Source: Auanema rhodensis
Lineage: Eukaryota; Animalia; Nematoda
Reading direction: 5' to 3'
Length of the DNA: 64,000 bases
NCBI GenBank assembly: GCA_964057225.1
Contig: OZ059895.1
Span: 9,114,001 to 9,178,000 of the forward strand
Both the position numbers and the translations under genes were made by a program. Below are positions 28,101 through 41,007 of this stretch, piece after piece. Under the pieces are notes generated by a model. The model made no database searches, was not told the origin of the DNA, and worked only from the letters and a program-made list of their open reading frames with translations. The stretch's first letter is position 1, and every line of letters starts with the position of its first letter.

Positions 28101-29800
28101 ACCGTTTTTTAGATTAGTCATGTGATAAAAGAATGGAATTATATTTATTTTCTGCTTTGATCTAACTTGACATGACTGAATAACTTTATGAATTTCTTTA
28201 ATTTGCTTGTTAAGTTCAAATCTTTAGGAACGGGTAATGGAGCTACTTGTACTGCATTGCTAGCTCCTGCAAATGGCTTACTAACATATTCTCAAGGAGG
28301 TACATTTGGTCCGTATCCAACTGTACGCAAAGATTTTCTTGATAATAGTGATTAATATTCAAAATACAGGGTACAACCGCTCAGGTTACATGTAATATTG
28401 GCTACAATATTAATGGTGCTAGCTTATCAGCATGTCAAAATGGTCAATGGATTCCCTTTCAAATAGGTCAATGTATTGCTTCAGGTCATTCGTTTTCCCA
28501 TAAAAGCATCTCATCTATTTTTACAATTTCAGATGGAGGTGGAACAGCTGGAATACAATGTCCAGCAGGTCTCCCTGCCGTACCATTCGGTACATTGGTT
28601 TATTCCAATGTAATTGAATTTAGATTTCAAACTTATCATTTGAAAATACTTGCAGGGTATGCCTATTGGGCCATATAGTGCAGGAACTGAAATAACATTA
28701 ACTTGTTCACCTAATTATAATCCATCAGGTAAAAATATGAAAAAACATAGAGTAGATAATCTGATCTGTTCTAGGTTCAACCAGATCTATTTGCTCTAAT
28801 GGAGTATGGACTCCATCATTATTGGGTTCATGTATTCCTTCAACAGGAACTCTGATTCAATGTCAAGCCATACCTTTCATTTGGTCAGGATCGGTAAATA
28901 ACTATGTGAGTATGTAATTAATTTTTTTTGCGAAAGGTTTCTTATACCCCATCTGGACTACCACCCTACAATGAAGGAACTGTTGCAACTTTGAACTGTA
29001 ATATTGGATCTATACCTTCCGGAATATCATCAGTAACATGTCAAGGAGGTAGCTGGACTCCATTCCCAGGTAAAATCTTCATTTTATTTTTGGTTAAGTT
29101 ACTAAAATTTAATCGTAGGTCTTGGTAGTTGTACTACAACACTAGCACGCTCTCCCCCGAAGTTATCACGAGCCCCAGCTCCAGCTGGTCAAGAAGAAGA
29201 AGATATACCAAAGAGCGAGAATGAAGTGGCAGACAATGGAATACGTGGCTGTCCCGGACCCTTAGCTCCACCATTCGGCGAAGTTTGAACTTCACATTAA
29301 ACCTGGTTTCGAAACGGCATATATTCAGATAACTTTCTCAAGAATTAGTAGTCGAACTGGCACCTTTGCTGCTGGAACAACAGCAGCTCTTCGTTGTGTG
29401 ATTGGATATTCTATCGAAGGAGCTTCATTTTCCACTTGTCAGCGAGGCATGTTCAGGCCTATGCTGGGAAAATGCTCTAATGGTCAAGTTGATCCTCTAC
29501 CTGGTGCTTGTCTACCGTTAGCGCATCCCGAACAAGGAAAGGTATAACATCTCCAAAATGATTTTTTGAAGTAATTCACTCGCTGTTCAGATTACATATA
29601 TACAGTCATCACGTAGTGTTCAGTTGGAAATAGGTTCAACAGCTCTCCTCAAATGTACTGATCCGTTACGAGCTGTGACAGGAACAGCAGCATTAACTTG
29701 TACTGCATCAGGATGGGAACCTGCCGAAGGTTTCGGTACATGTGATGACATGAGAAATCAGATAGTAGATGTTGAAAATAGTTCAAATTCAATTAATTAG
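22118..29800 (+). CDS. Large secreted protein with an N-terminal domain and ~18 CCP/Sushi modules (resembles the C. elegans F36H2.3 type)
   Basis: Signal peptide MLVWLLCIAALLPRVFTA, then repeated C-x8-(N/G)G-x-V-x-Y...GT-x-A-x-L-x-C...C-x-NG-x-W...G-x-C modules across 23060-29745. Ends ...NSSNSIN TAG at 29800 with no clear TM segment. Confidence 0.88.
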
Positions 29801-29828
29801 AGAGTACTACTCTTATTAATTATTTGTT

Positions 29829-29830
<2 letters not shown>

Positions 29831-29862
<32 letters not shown>
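29831..29862. repeat. (AAT)n microsatellite, ~10 units, in the 3' UTR of the CCP gene
   Basis: taataataataataataataataataataata read directly. Confidence 0.9.
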
Positions 29863-30183
29863 TTGATGTTTAAAACAAATGGAAGAAGGGTAATTTCTAT
29901 TACACAACATGTTCTTCAATAATTATATTTGTACTATGGAAATATTGAATTCATATCTAAACTGTATCATGTTTTGTTTTTTTTGTGGATACAGAAAATA
30001 AATTTTTGTTTTTTTTTAAATTCGAGTTCTAATTTTTAGCTATAAAATCAATATGATTTTATATTTGGCTAAATAATATTTATAATTTACGTTTTTTCCT
30101 TGTGGCTTCTAGTTTAAAATTTGAACAGCTTGCTTCAATTAGTCATTCTACCGATCAAATAATATTATTCAACCAATAACCGT

Positions 30184-31003
30184 ATGTGGACATCATCGTT
30201 TCTATCTATTTCTCTTATATTGTTTATAAATTTTAAAAGTAAGTTTAAATTATATATTATATCACATATAATATATAATATTATATATATTTATAGAAAT
30301 AAATGCCCAGGATCTTAGATATTTCAAAAAACCACAAATAATAGCCCAAAATGAAAATGTTGATTCATCAACTTCTTCCTCTTGCTCTGAAAACAGTTGG
30401 TCGGATTGGGTAGAGGTTTGAATTAGCAATTTTTATTTTAATTTTTGAATTCAAAACATCAAATAAGACTTTTTTATCAAATACAACATTGACAAGTTCT
30501 ATTTAAGTTGATGGCTTGTGATAAAGATTGTGGAGGATGTGGTAGAAGAGTCCTTCAAAGAACATGTCTATCGAAGGGAAACTGTTCATGCGAGTAAAGA
30601 GACTTACTAATGTTTTTTAACTAAATTTTTTTAAATAATAGCGGACCATCCCGTAAAGAAGAAGTTTGTAATATAAAAGTATGTGATTACCCACGTCCAG
30701 CTTGCTGTCCTCCACATAACCTTATGGTTTTAAACTCCCATTTTGTTTGTGGACCTCAAGAACAAGTAAGAATTTTAATTACAAAAGAATTGAATGTATT
30801 AAAAGCGTTGTTTAGAGTATAATTGATCAATTCTTGGAAACTGTTGATCCAAATTCAGCTCTCACTAGAATACAACAAAGGAGCAAACTGGATGTAAGAC
30901 ACGCTTTCCTAATATTTTTGTAATACATGTATTTTAGACACTAAAACCTAAATTAAATCATGATACAAATTATGATACCAGTTCTGAGGTATTATCTTTG
31001 TAA
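30184..31003 (+). CDS. Small secreted thrombospondin type-1 (TSP1) domain protein
   Basis: Signal-like MWTSSFLSISLILFINF. Spliced WSDWVE-LMACDKDCGGCGRRVLQRTCLSKGNCSC-SGPSRKEEVCNIKVCDYPRPACC. Stop TAA at 31001-31003. Absent from the ORF track because the exons are short. Confidence 0.8.
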
Positions 31004-31208
31004 AGCATTTCTTGAGCAATGTGTCATCATGCAGATATACTCAGAAGATTACCAAATGAATTACGGAACATATGTTAGAAATTTATGGGTAAAACCTATT
31101 GTTTATTATCATGATCACAGCGCATAAATAAAGTGAACTACTTACAATATCACAGATGCATTTTTTTAAATAAATTAAGCTTTAATTATAATTTGTAAAT
31201 GAGATCTA

Positions 31209-33903
31209 TTAAACATGTGCGACTTCTTCTTCTTCTTCTTCAACAACTTCTTCGTCGCTGTCTTTGGCATAAGGGACAAGCTTAGGAAACCGAGAAGGTA
31301 GTAGAGCAGACAAATCATCACTTCCCTCTCCCCAAAATGTGTTCTCACATAATGACATTACCTGTTATTGTGATTTGTGTAATAATCAAGAATAATTATA
31401 AAAAAAAATACCTGCGTTAAAACAAATGTAGTGGAGTAGGCATACACTGTGCTATCACTTATTCCAACAGAAAGGTGTTGAAGATACTCGAGCCAAATTT
31501 CTTTCATTAAACGTTCACATAGTGGGAATATAGGTGACCTGAAAAGGGAGTATGTATTTTATTCAGGAAAATCTTTATCTAATACTCAATAAATGGAAGA
31601 AAATCTCTAGCGAGAGCTGTAACAGCTCGGCTGAAATGAATGGTATGAGCAGAAACATTCAGGGCTGGTTTGCCCTCAGAAGCCACAGTCCAATCAACAT
31701 TTAACTGTACATCACTCAATTCTTCTACTAAACGATTAAGAGCGGATTCTGATTCTACAATTAATGGTCTCCATCTCTCTTCCTAAAAAGCAAGATTGAA
31801 ATGAAATTTTGAAAAAGAATAAATATACGTTAATACGTGAGCGTATGCCTTGTATCGTATTATTGAAATTTGATTCAAGCGCTAATTCCATGGCTGGCCC
31901 AAGAAGTCTGTAGACTTCAAACGTCAATTCCACACCCATTGCTGCGATTTCCTCCATAGTATTCATCAAAATTCGCCATGTGTGACTTAGAACAGCAATA
32001 GTGGGAGCAACTTCTAAAAACAAAGATTGTTTCAATTGTTTTCTAATTTTCTAACCAACGACATGTCGACGAACTAGTGATAATAAAACCATTAGCTCTC
32101 CGGAGCACCATTGCAACACCTAAAAAACATTTACAACCATGTTAGGAAAATTGAAACGAACCAGTGAGTAAGATTGAGGAGCATCTTCAAATTCTTTAAC
32201 AACATCATCAACATCAGAGGAATACAGTAGACATAATTGTTTTACATATGATAATGGCTCCTCAGATACAGCGATTTCACGACAAGCGTTTCTTTGTAGA
32301 GCACTGCGGCGTTTTAGATAGAGATCCAGAGCATAGGTACCTAGTATTATATAAGAAAATTGTTTGCATAAATAAAAAAAACCTCGTCCTAACTGTGTCA
32401 ACAATGTTCGAGCTTTTTTCATAGCTCTAGGCCCTCCATGAACAGCCCCTGGGCGCCTCACGTCATCACTTAGAAGTTGAATTACCTCAAATACCCATTT
32501 GACAATTTGATAATTATATATTTATTACCTGATTTTTCCTAGAGTTAAGCTGAACGTCCACGGCTGGATTTTTGGTTTTGCATTGTTTCCACTCTAATAA
32601 GATTTCAACAGCATGTTCCAAATCTCTGTGAGCGATGCAATCGTCGAGCTCAGCTGGAAGTTCTTCTAACCATGCCATCTCTTCCTCATCTTGAAAACGT
32701 AGATGGATAAAACAGTAGCACAGAGAAACATACCATGAACTTCATCTTGTTCTTCAACTTTTTCATCAATAATGGGTGACAAACTTGCTTTTTTTCTTTC
32801 CTAAATCATAAATTTACAAACTTGTACTAAAATACGAATATACCTGCACAGTTTTTCTTCTTCCTCGGATAGTCGCTTGTCTAGCCAAACTACCCTCATG
32901 AAGAAGTTCTCTTTTAGCGCGTTCCAATTCGTCCAACCATAATTTTTTAATACGAGCACTCTCACAACGATAATATCTAGAATGTTCTAACATTATACTA
33001 TCTATTTATACTCCTTACCTTTGTTCTGGAAAAATAAGTAACTTCAAAATTTGATCAACTCGAGCTGTTCGATTTTCTCGATCTTTGACATTAACAGCAG
33101 CTAAACTATTCAAAGAAAATGTGGACTCCAAACTATATTTTCCCGAGGAAATCATATTTCCAATCAGAAGACGATCCGTAAGCAAAATCAACATTGATTT
33201 ATGCACAGGTTGCATGGTTTCTCCATCCAGCAACGTCATCTCTCCGTGAAGAATGACACGATCACAAGAACGTAAATTATTTAAAATCCCCTAAACGCAT
33301 AAATGAAGAGTGACGGTGCACATAAAATACATACAGCTATACCATCCATTTTTTGCATCAAAAGTTGTATAGGATTGTTTCCACCTGTAGCTGATTGACT
33401 AGATACGGTATGTAATGAAGTCTTGTCGTCACCTGGAAACGTATAATACTTGCAGCAGAAAAAGAAAACGCTTACTGTTCATTTGAATAAGGTTTTCAAT
33501 TAATTGCTTCTGATCTAATAGAAGAGAAGAAAGCTGATATACCTCTCGTTCAAGATCTTAACATGGAAATATTTTAATAATTTAGGAAAAAACTAAACAA
33601 GAATGATAATACACTTACGGGAAATCTCTTTTGATGCATCAATAAACTGTTGGTAGTTCTCAAAAACACTATTTTTTAAAACTTCTTGAGTTGCACTACT
33701 GATTGCAGTCATTTCAGATCTCAAATTCCTCAAATCTCTAGTTTCTGCTCCGGGTTTGGTATCTTTAAGCCGTTCTCTAATATCTATAATTATGAAGCAT
33801 ATAATTAAGTTATGTAAATTACATTACATTCTGAAGGAACAAAGTTGGTGTCACAAAGAATCTCGTCATCATTCTTCCTATATTTAATAACCCGTTCTTC
33901 CAT
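31209..33903 (-). CDS. exoc-8: Exocyst complex component 8 (Exo84)
   Basis: LKNSVFENYQQFIDASKEIS, a PH-like region (LILLTDRLLIG...LKLLIFPEQR), WLEELPAELDDCIAHRDLEHAV and LLTQLGRGTYALDLYLKRRS. Confidence 0.92.
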
Positions 33904-34176
33904 TCTGATTACCTAAATTACTTAATATGAATATATCAGCTTAATCTTAAAAATTGTCTCTGCTCGCAATTCTCGCTAAGAACGCATTGCGGGCTAACTC
34001 GCGTATTGGCACATTTCGCGATCTATGTTGGCAAACAGCCAGCATCTTTTATGCTACAACCTTGATTTGTGGTTGATTATGCTAAAATATGTGATATGAA
34101 GTTTTTATTTGTTAATTCAAATATGAAATTAATAATGAAATATTTTTAGAAACCATTCTGTCGTTGTTAGTCGACA

Positions 34177-37100
34177 ATGATGAACACGGAGTCGACCAGC
34201 GAACCACGTGTTTTTCGCCCAAATGACTTGATTTGGGCAAAAATGAAAGGTTTTCCACCTTGGCCAGCAAAAGTATGAATAATCCACGGCTTAAAGACTT
34301 AAAGATATAATCATGTTCAATTCAGGTGATTTCTTCCGGGGAAGATATTCCGCCAGGTAGAATTCCTGTAATGTTTTTTGGTACAAGAGAAACGGCTTTT
34401 ATGAAACCATCGGATTTAAGTGACTATATGACTTACCGTCAACAACACGAAGTTTCACGCAAACATAAAGTTTTATTGTATTTTTTATGTTTTGTTTATT
34501 TCTAGTTTTGTAGGGGTTCAATGAAGGCATTCATGAAATTCGGGTAGCAGCTATGTTGGAAGCTCCTGATTATAAAGATCCATTATTTTTCCCAGCTGTT
34601 GATCCTGGAAAGAGTCCCTCTCCCATGTCCACACAACCTGGTCAGCGAAGATCTAGCGGAAGAATGCTTTCAGATGCTTTTCTCACTGGATATGAGAATA
34701 AAAGATCCAATAGTGCGTCTACCGTGTATGTTTCACATCTAGCAATATGAAAACTTTATATGTGCATATTTAAGCTCACGGTCTCGAGCAAGTAGTACAG
34801 CTTCTGCTCTAAAACAATTAAAAAAGGAAATATTTCGGAGGCGGCTTGACAGTGAGAGTTCAAATGGCTCTAGAAGAAATAAAATGATTAGTGGTTTTGA
34901 AAAAATCCCTAGCACAGATTTTTTTGATCAGCTTGGTGTTCGTTTATATTTTTTCGTACTTTTCATATTTCTTTTGCTCTTATTTTAGAATTTGGATGAT
35001 TTTTCTTTAATTGGCGAAGATAATCTTGGCGCTCCCGATGATGCTCGGTCTTCACGTTCTAAGAGATCACGTGGTTCATCAAAAGTGTTCGAAGATTATA
35101 TTTTGGGACTCGGGACTAGGACGAGGCATCGATCTGGTAGTATTAGCGAGGGCCGTGGTACAAGAAGCAGGTAATTGAACCCCCTTGTTTATTTTCACCA
35201 ATTATTTGAAATGTAGACTAATTTCTGGAGTGTCTGATGTTTTCGATGATCTCCTCTTCCCTCCCACAACTGGCGTTCAAGCCGCTACTGAGGAAATCAT
35301 GCATGTTCTGGATGACTTTCCTTCTGAAAGCAGCGAAGTAGCATGCAAAATATTCTTCTTTTTTTTTAATTGTCAAAAAAATTGTAGTGTCGTCCCGGAA
35401 CTCCAGAAGCTCCTGCTCCATTCCCTCGTCCCAATGAGTTTTGCAAAGATTGTGGCTGTGAATGTACGCTAGTTGGAATAAAATGGAGGTTTGTTTTAAA
35501 ATCCAAACTCAGAATTTTAAATTTTCATTAGATGTACATCTAAATACTGTTTGAAATGGAATGGCATAGCGGAACCCTATAATAGACCAAGCACATCTAT
35601 TGCTCCACCTGTTGATTATCCAATAGAAGAAAAGGAAGTTGTTCCAGTAAGAAAGCTCTTCAAGTTATATCATTAAATTGTGCTTTACAGCCTAAAGAAA
35701 CTGGAATTAACACTAATACTATTAATAGGAAAAGGCCAAAGATTCGGATTAAACATGACGTAAATTTCTTATGGTAAAAGAGATATTTTATTTTATTTTT
35801 AGAATGATTCACCGAAACGAGAAAAATCTGTGAAAGATCGAATACGGGAAGAATTTAATAGATTTGATAAGCCCGTTGCATCTGCTGTAACTAATGTTGC
35901 CAGCCCAAAGCATGATTCATCATCACCAGATAGATCCAGAAGTCCTAATAAAAAGCCTGTGGAACCTCAACCCGTAGTTGCAAAACGTGCTACAGGACGG
36001 CCAAAACAATAGTAATTTTTTCTTTTATATTTTAATTTCTTTTTTTTTGCATTGAACATTGTATTACTATTATTATTTTTCAGTAAAGTTGAAAGTACAC
36101 CGCCTATAAATCATAATGGATTGCGAAGCTGTACTTTTTGTAATGGTCAGGTCCGACCTCAAATGTGTGGAGGAAATAAACATAGGTAACCTTAAACATT
36201 TTGTCGTTTTGTATTTACAATATATGATTGAGGTGGCGATGTGTAGATAAGAAATGCCGTAAGTGGTACGGCTGGGTTAAATCTAGTGATGAGATTCCAC
36301 GAGATCTTGGAAGAAAAGGCCGTTTCAGTAATGTATTGGAGAAAGCACGACGAAGAGAAAGATTGCGATCGCAAAATTCAACGAGCTCTGCACATAGTTA
36401 GTCAAGTTTTGTTATACTTTTTTTATCTACATCGTAGTGGCAGAAGCTGCCTCTATCTCATCTGCCGGAGAAGCTGCTGCTGCAGCCGCTGGAATTGATA
36501 CAATTTCTCTTATGAGTGATGACAGGCATAGTGGCAGAATCGGCTCTATCGCTAAAGAACTCTCCGTTCGTGCAAACGATGATCAACCCGTATGTTTAAA
36601 CCGCATATTCTAATTCTATTCTGCATTCGTTTTAGAGAAAGAAAGGACGACCACCTAAGCAAACTGGTCTGAAAATTAAACTCAAGGGCAAAGATAAAAA
36701 AGATGGAAAACGGGGTAAAAATGAGGTTAATTTTTTTCTCTTAAAATCTATATATCTATACATCTTATAGAATGAACAAAGGGTAAAACGTAAATATACT
36801 AAGCGCAAAGACACCGATGTTGTCAAAGAAGAAGAAAAACCTCCCCGACGTATAATGCTTATTTTGTCCGTTTAATATATAATTGTTTTCAGCTATATCT
36901 CCTTTAACACCTCGTGAGATGCGATATAGACCATGCGCCATGGAGAAGAGAGGACGATGGTGGATAAGCGAGAAAAGAAAAATAGATGTAAGCCCGGAGA
37001 GGTAATATAACTTTTTTTTAGTTTTTTTTCAAGAAAAAATTTGTCTCAGAGATTTCCAAACTGATACTGCAGACTCAGCTGCTGCATTCAGGGTTCTTTC

Positions 37101-37351
37101 TCACGCTTTTCGAGCTGCGGCAGTGACTAGGTAATTTTTCAACTTTACCAGCTCTTACTTTTTTTTTGAATTTTAGAGCTGATGAGCCTGGGACTGTTAA
37201 TGGATCCTTAGATTTAATGATGGATTCCCTTCTAGGGTGTATGGCACCCTTATTGTCACTGCTTGGAAGACTACCAAACACAAGACCAGATCCTCAGGTG
37301 CTTCAACAACTTTGGAATGCATCCGCTGTACATTTACCTATGTTCCAATAA
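34177..37351 (+). CDS. PWWP-domain chromatin protein with two Cys-rich (possible Zn) motifs and AT-hook-like segments
   Basis: FRPNDLIWAKMKGFPPWPAK...IPVMFFGTRETAF...KGFNEGIHEI is a PWWP domain. Also CKDCG...KWRCTSKYCLKW, CTFCNG...RWRCVDKKCRKW and GRPK/GRPPK motifs. Confidence 0.85.
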
Positions 37352-37779
37352 TTTGCTAGGTCTTAATTACTCACTGTACTTTACGTTGGTTCAGATTGCT
37401 CAAACTGATCTCACTTCAATCTGAACATAATACATGTTTATAAATTGTATATGTTATTTTCCAGCCTTTTTGCTTACTAAATTATCAGTTCAATTGAGAA
37501 TAAATGCCTTAGGTTGAAACAAATTTTATCTCACTAGTCTTTCATAATTTGTCAATTTATATGTTGTTTAAAAGCTTGTTAATCTTTTTCTAATTTTTAT
37601 TAATATAGTTATTGTGTTTTTGCGAGTTCAAATATCGAATAAACTTGTCGAAATGTTCTTGTGATGTTGATGGTCTATGAAAATGTGTATTATGAGTGAA
37701 ATTTAGTTCATTCGTGGCTTACCTGTGAGCTCGCTTACCATCTGGCAAAAAAAATTTCATTACTACAGGTTTTGATGGC

Positions 37780-38499
37780 TCAGCAAGAGAAGCATCTAAA
37801 GTGAAATAAACTCTGAAAGTTAGGGAATTCATTCATGTTATTCTTATGTTTATATGCGAAATACCTGGATGAAGCATAACCATTTGTCCAACGGGAACAA
37901 TATTTGTATTTATTAGTTCCATTCAGATATACTAAGCACAAAAAATCGACAACATAATGTATTCTTTGATTATATTTCCATTTCTTAGTGAAGTAAATTA
38001 GTGTGGATGTAATTGATATATGTTCTAACCTGTTCAATAAATTGAATAATTGCTCTTTTACCTTTTAATGGAGTCATGGAACCTGAGATAGGCCAACGAA
38101 TATTAATTAAATCACTGGTCATGTCAGATCTATAAATTTTTTTTTCATTAATTATATTAATAAATTCTTACAAATAAGTTGGTATATGATATACAACGTT
38201 TGTATCTTCTCTAGGAGAAGGCGAATTGAAATATGTTACTCTATAAACTTTTTTGATGAAGAAGAATTGATTTTTTAATTTTTTTACCTCGGAATTTCAT
38301 CTACACGCACAATTTTGTTTCGTGAATTTCTATCTATTTCTACACCTTCTTCGGAAGAGCTCGAACTCTGTGTTAATAGATATAATTGAAAATATAATGA
38401 AAAACATACTTCTTCCGATAAATGAAGGATAGCTTCTCGAAAAGCTCGACTAAGGACTATACGGGCTAGATTTCTACAGTTCCACCATTCAAGATCCAT
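37780..38499 (-). CDS. Hypothetical multi-exon protein, no recognised domain
   Basis: MDLEWWNCRNLARIVLSRAFREAILHLSEE can be joined through ~5 short GT-AG introns into one frame ending ...GYASSRCFSC*. Confidence 0.55.
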
Positions 38500-38815
38500 A
38501 TTCGTATTAAAATATTAAGTTGGGACGAGAAATAAAAAGGAATGCAATGTCCGGTAAAATTTGGCATTTCTGAGCCAGCGGATTTCCAGTCAACTGCATT
38601 TACAACGTTAACCAATTTTCATGTTCAATGAATTCATAAAGAACTTATTAACATATGAGTAGAGGAAAAAAAGCATTAATCCATGCTAGTATTTGATTGA
38701 TACAAAGCAAAAGTTAAACGATTATAAAATATTTATTTTATATTTGTAAATATATAAGGAACAGAGTGAAGAAAAACCCGTTAAACAAATAATTTTGAAA
38801 GTAATAATTTGAATA

Positions 38816-40674
38816 TTAAGCTATCAAATGTGGTGCAGACATCATTATGGCTAATATAGATACAACAATAAAAATAGTAAACATAACCATACAAGCACGA
38901 TCTATGGCCATAGCTGCAAAACGCCAATCATTCTGTATTCTTTCTTCTCGTTCCTCTTTATCCAATACATTGCAAATCTGAAACCTTATTCTGATACAAA
39001 AAAAAATATTAAGCTTTACCTGTCTTAATTCTTTGTGAACAGCATGTAGTAATAGTACTTGAGCTTCATATGCTGGATGATGGCTGGGCAAGCTTGGAGG
39101 TGAAAGATATTTGGTTGTATCCTTTCGTGGAAGACGACGATTATCATAAGAAACGCCTTTTATGTACAAATGTTGTGGACGAGACATGAAAAGTATCCAT
39201 GGGAGCCATTCAAGAAGTACACGATGAACCTATTATATGGTGTTAATACTTTATAATAAAAAGAGTTTATACCAAAGGACTCATTTCATGAGTATCTGGA
39301 CCACGAAAATGAAGATTTAAAGCTACGACTGTGAAAACAACAGAAGCTGATATGACTAACATACAACAAGAAAAAAATACGCCTTAATAAACATCAAATT
39401 CCAGAAAATAAAACTGGATTACCTATCAAAGGAACAGCGTCAGAAGTAGGAGGTGTCATTTCAGAAACCATGCTTAGGAAAAATACTATTGCTAGCAGTA
39501 TTGTAACTTCTATAAAGCAAAATAAGAAAGTATGGAATTTAATCATAAATGTTACCTAAAGTTATTTTTTCTCCTGCATCTGGAGGTAAAGTAAAGCCTA
39601 ATACTGTCATCAACGAGATCAGTAAAGATGGAATTATCAAATTAAAGCCTAAAAACATAATCGAAGATATGTATCTGAACATGCATAGGAACAAACCATA
39701 AAAAAGAGTTCGACGTCTAAGATGTAGATAGTATTTCACGGTTGGGTATGGTTCTGGGCAACATTTGTAATAATTTACATGACGTACAGCAGGTGAATCG
39801 ACGACAATCCACTCTCCATTAACAACATAGGTGGACATATCCATTGAATGAGCTGATAGACAACATTTCATATAATCATCGCAGAGCACACTTACTTTCA
39901 TTAGCTTCCGTCGTGTCGATTTGAAGATCTAGTGCAAAACCATGAAAAGTCCATGATCCAAACTTTAATTCACATATTTGGTCATCAAAGGGAAACCTTA
40001 AGAATCATATTTATTTACTTTTCATACTGTTCAATTGATGTATACCATGTTACATCTAGTTGACAAACAAATTTTAAAACACCTGGAGGAATCCATGTAA
40101 CATCACCACTATTATAAACAACAAGATTACTCTTAAAAGTGGAATCAAAATCTTCAGCAGCACTAGAAGATGAATTATAAATCAATTTGAACTAAAAATG
40201 AAAAATAAATATACCTGTTATATAATAAAATATCAGGCTTCCATATATGATCAGTTGCGCCAGGAAAACGGATATCTTTTATGCCATCAAAATCAAGGGG
40301 ATCCCATTTAAGCTTATAATCTTTCCAAGACTGTAAATATATAACTATTCATAATATACTAATGATAAAATCAAACTTACATAACTTAGCCATGCATTAA
40401 TGCTTACAAGCTGATTCTTTTCATCAACATCCAGAATTTGTTGAAGAAAAAGTTTAATTTTAACCACTAAAGGCTCTGTTGCATTTTCTACAGGTCTTTC
40501 CAATGGATTATAGCCTACAGTTCAACATAGCTATTAAATTTCGTTAAAACATTTATATAAATACAAACCTGTTAAAAGATCATTAAAAAGCTTTGTTTCA
40601 GCAATACTACCACTAACACATAGAAATAATCCTTGTAATATTAGAAATGCTGTAGCAATACCTACAGATTTCAT
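38816..40674 (-). CDS. acr-11: Nicotinic acetylcholine receptor alpha subunit, ACR-16 (alpha7-like) group; closest remembered match is ACR-11
   Basis: Signal peptide, [38 protein letters not shown], Cys-loop [15 protein letters not shown], vicinal [25 protein letters not shown] and M4 [13 protein letters not shown]. Confidence 0.9.
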
Positions 40675-41007
40675 TAGATCACAAAAATGAAGTATCTGTC
40701 GCTACTGCTTATGTGATTGATATAAAGAGCTCAGAAGAAGACTAGATCGAGGACAAGGGATTATGCAAACAATTAGCTTCGTCATATATATCGATCAGAT
40801 TCTTCGTTGTCATTTCTTGTCATACTTCAACTGTCGCGGATATATTATATCAAATAACAAACTTAAAAATGAAATATTCATTAAAATCATGCACAATGAT
40901 GTCTTTGAAAAAAATCTAGATGTTACTCGTCTGGAATACCCAGTGGTTATTGGTATGTCAACCTATAAGAGTGAAAGCATAAGACAAAATAGTTAGAATC
41001 GATATGA

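Noticed and set aside
34177-34560. PWWP gene as a split-off PWWP domain of the nearby MSH6
   Set aside because: It is 20 kb away on the opposite strand and has its own long C-terminus. Nothing in the sequence links the two genes.
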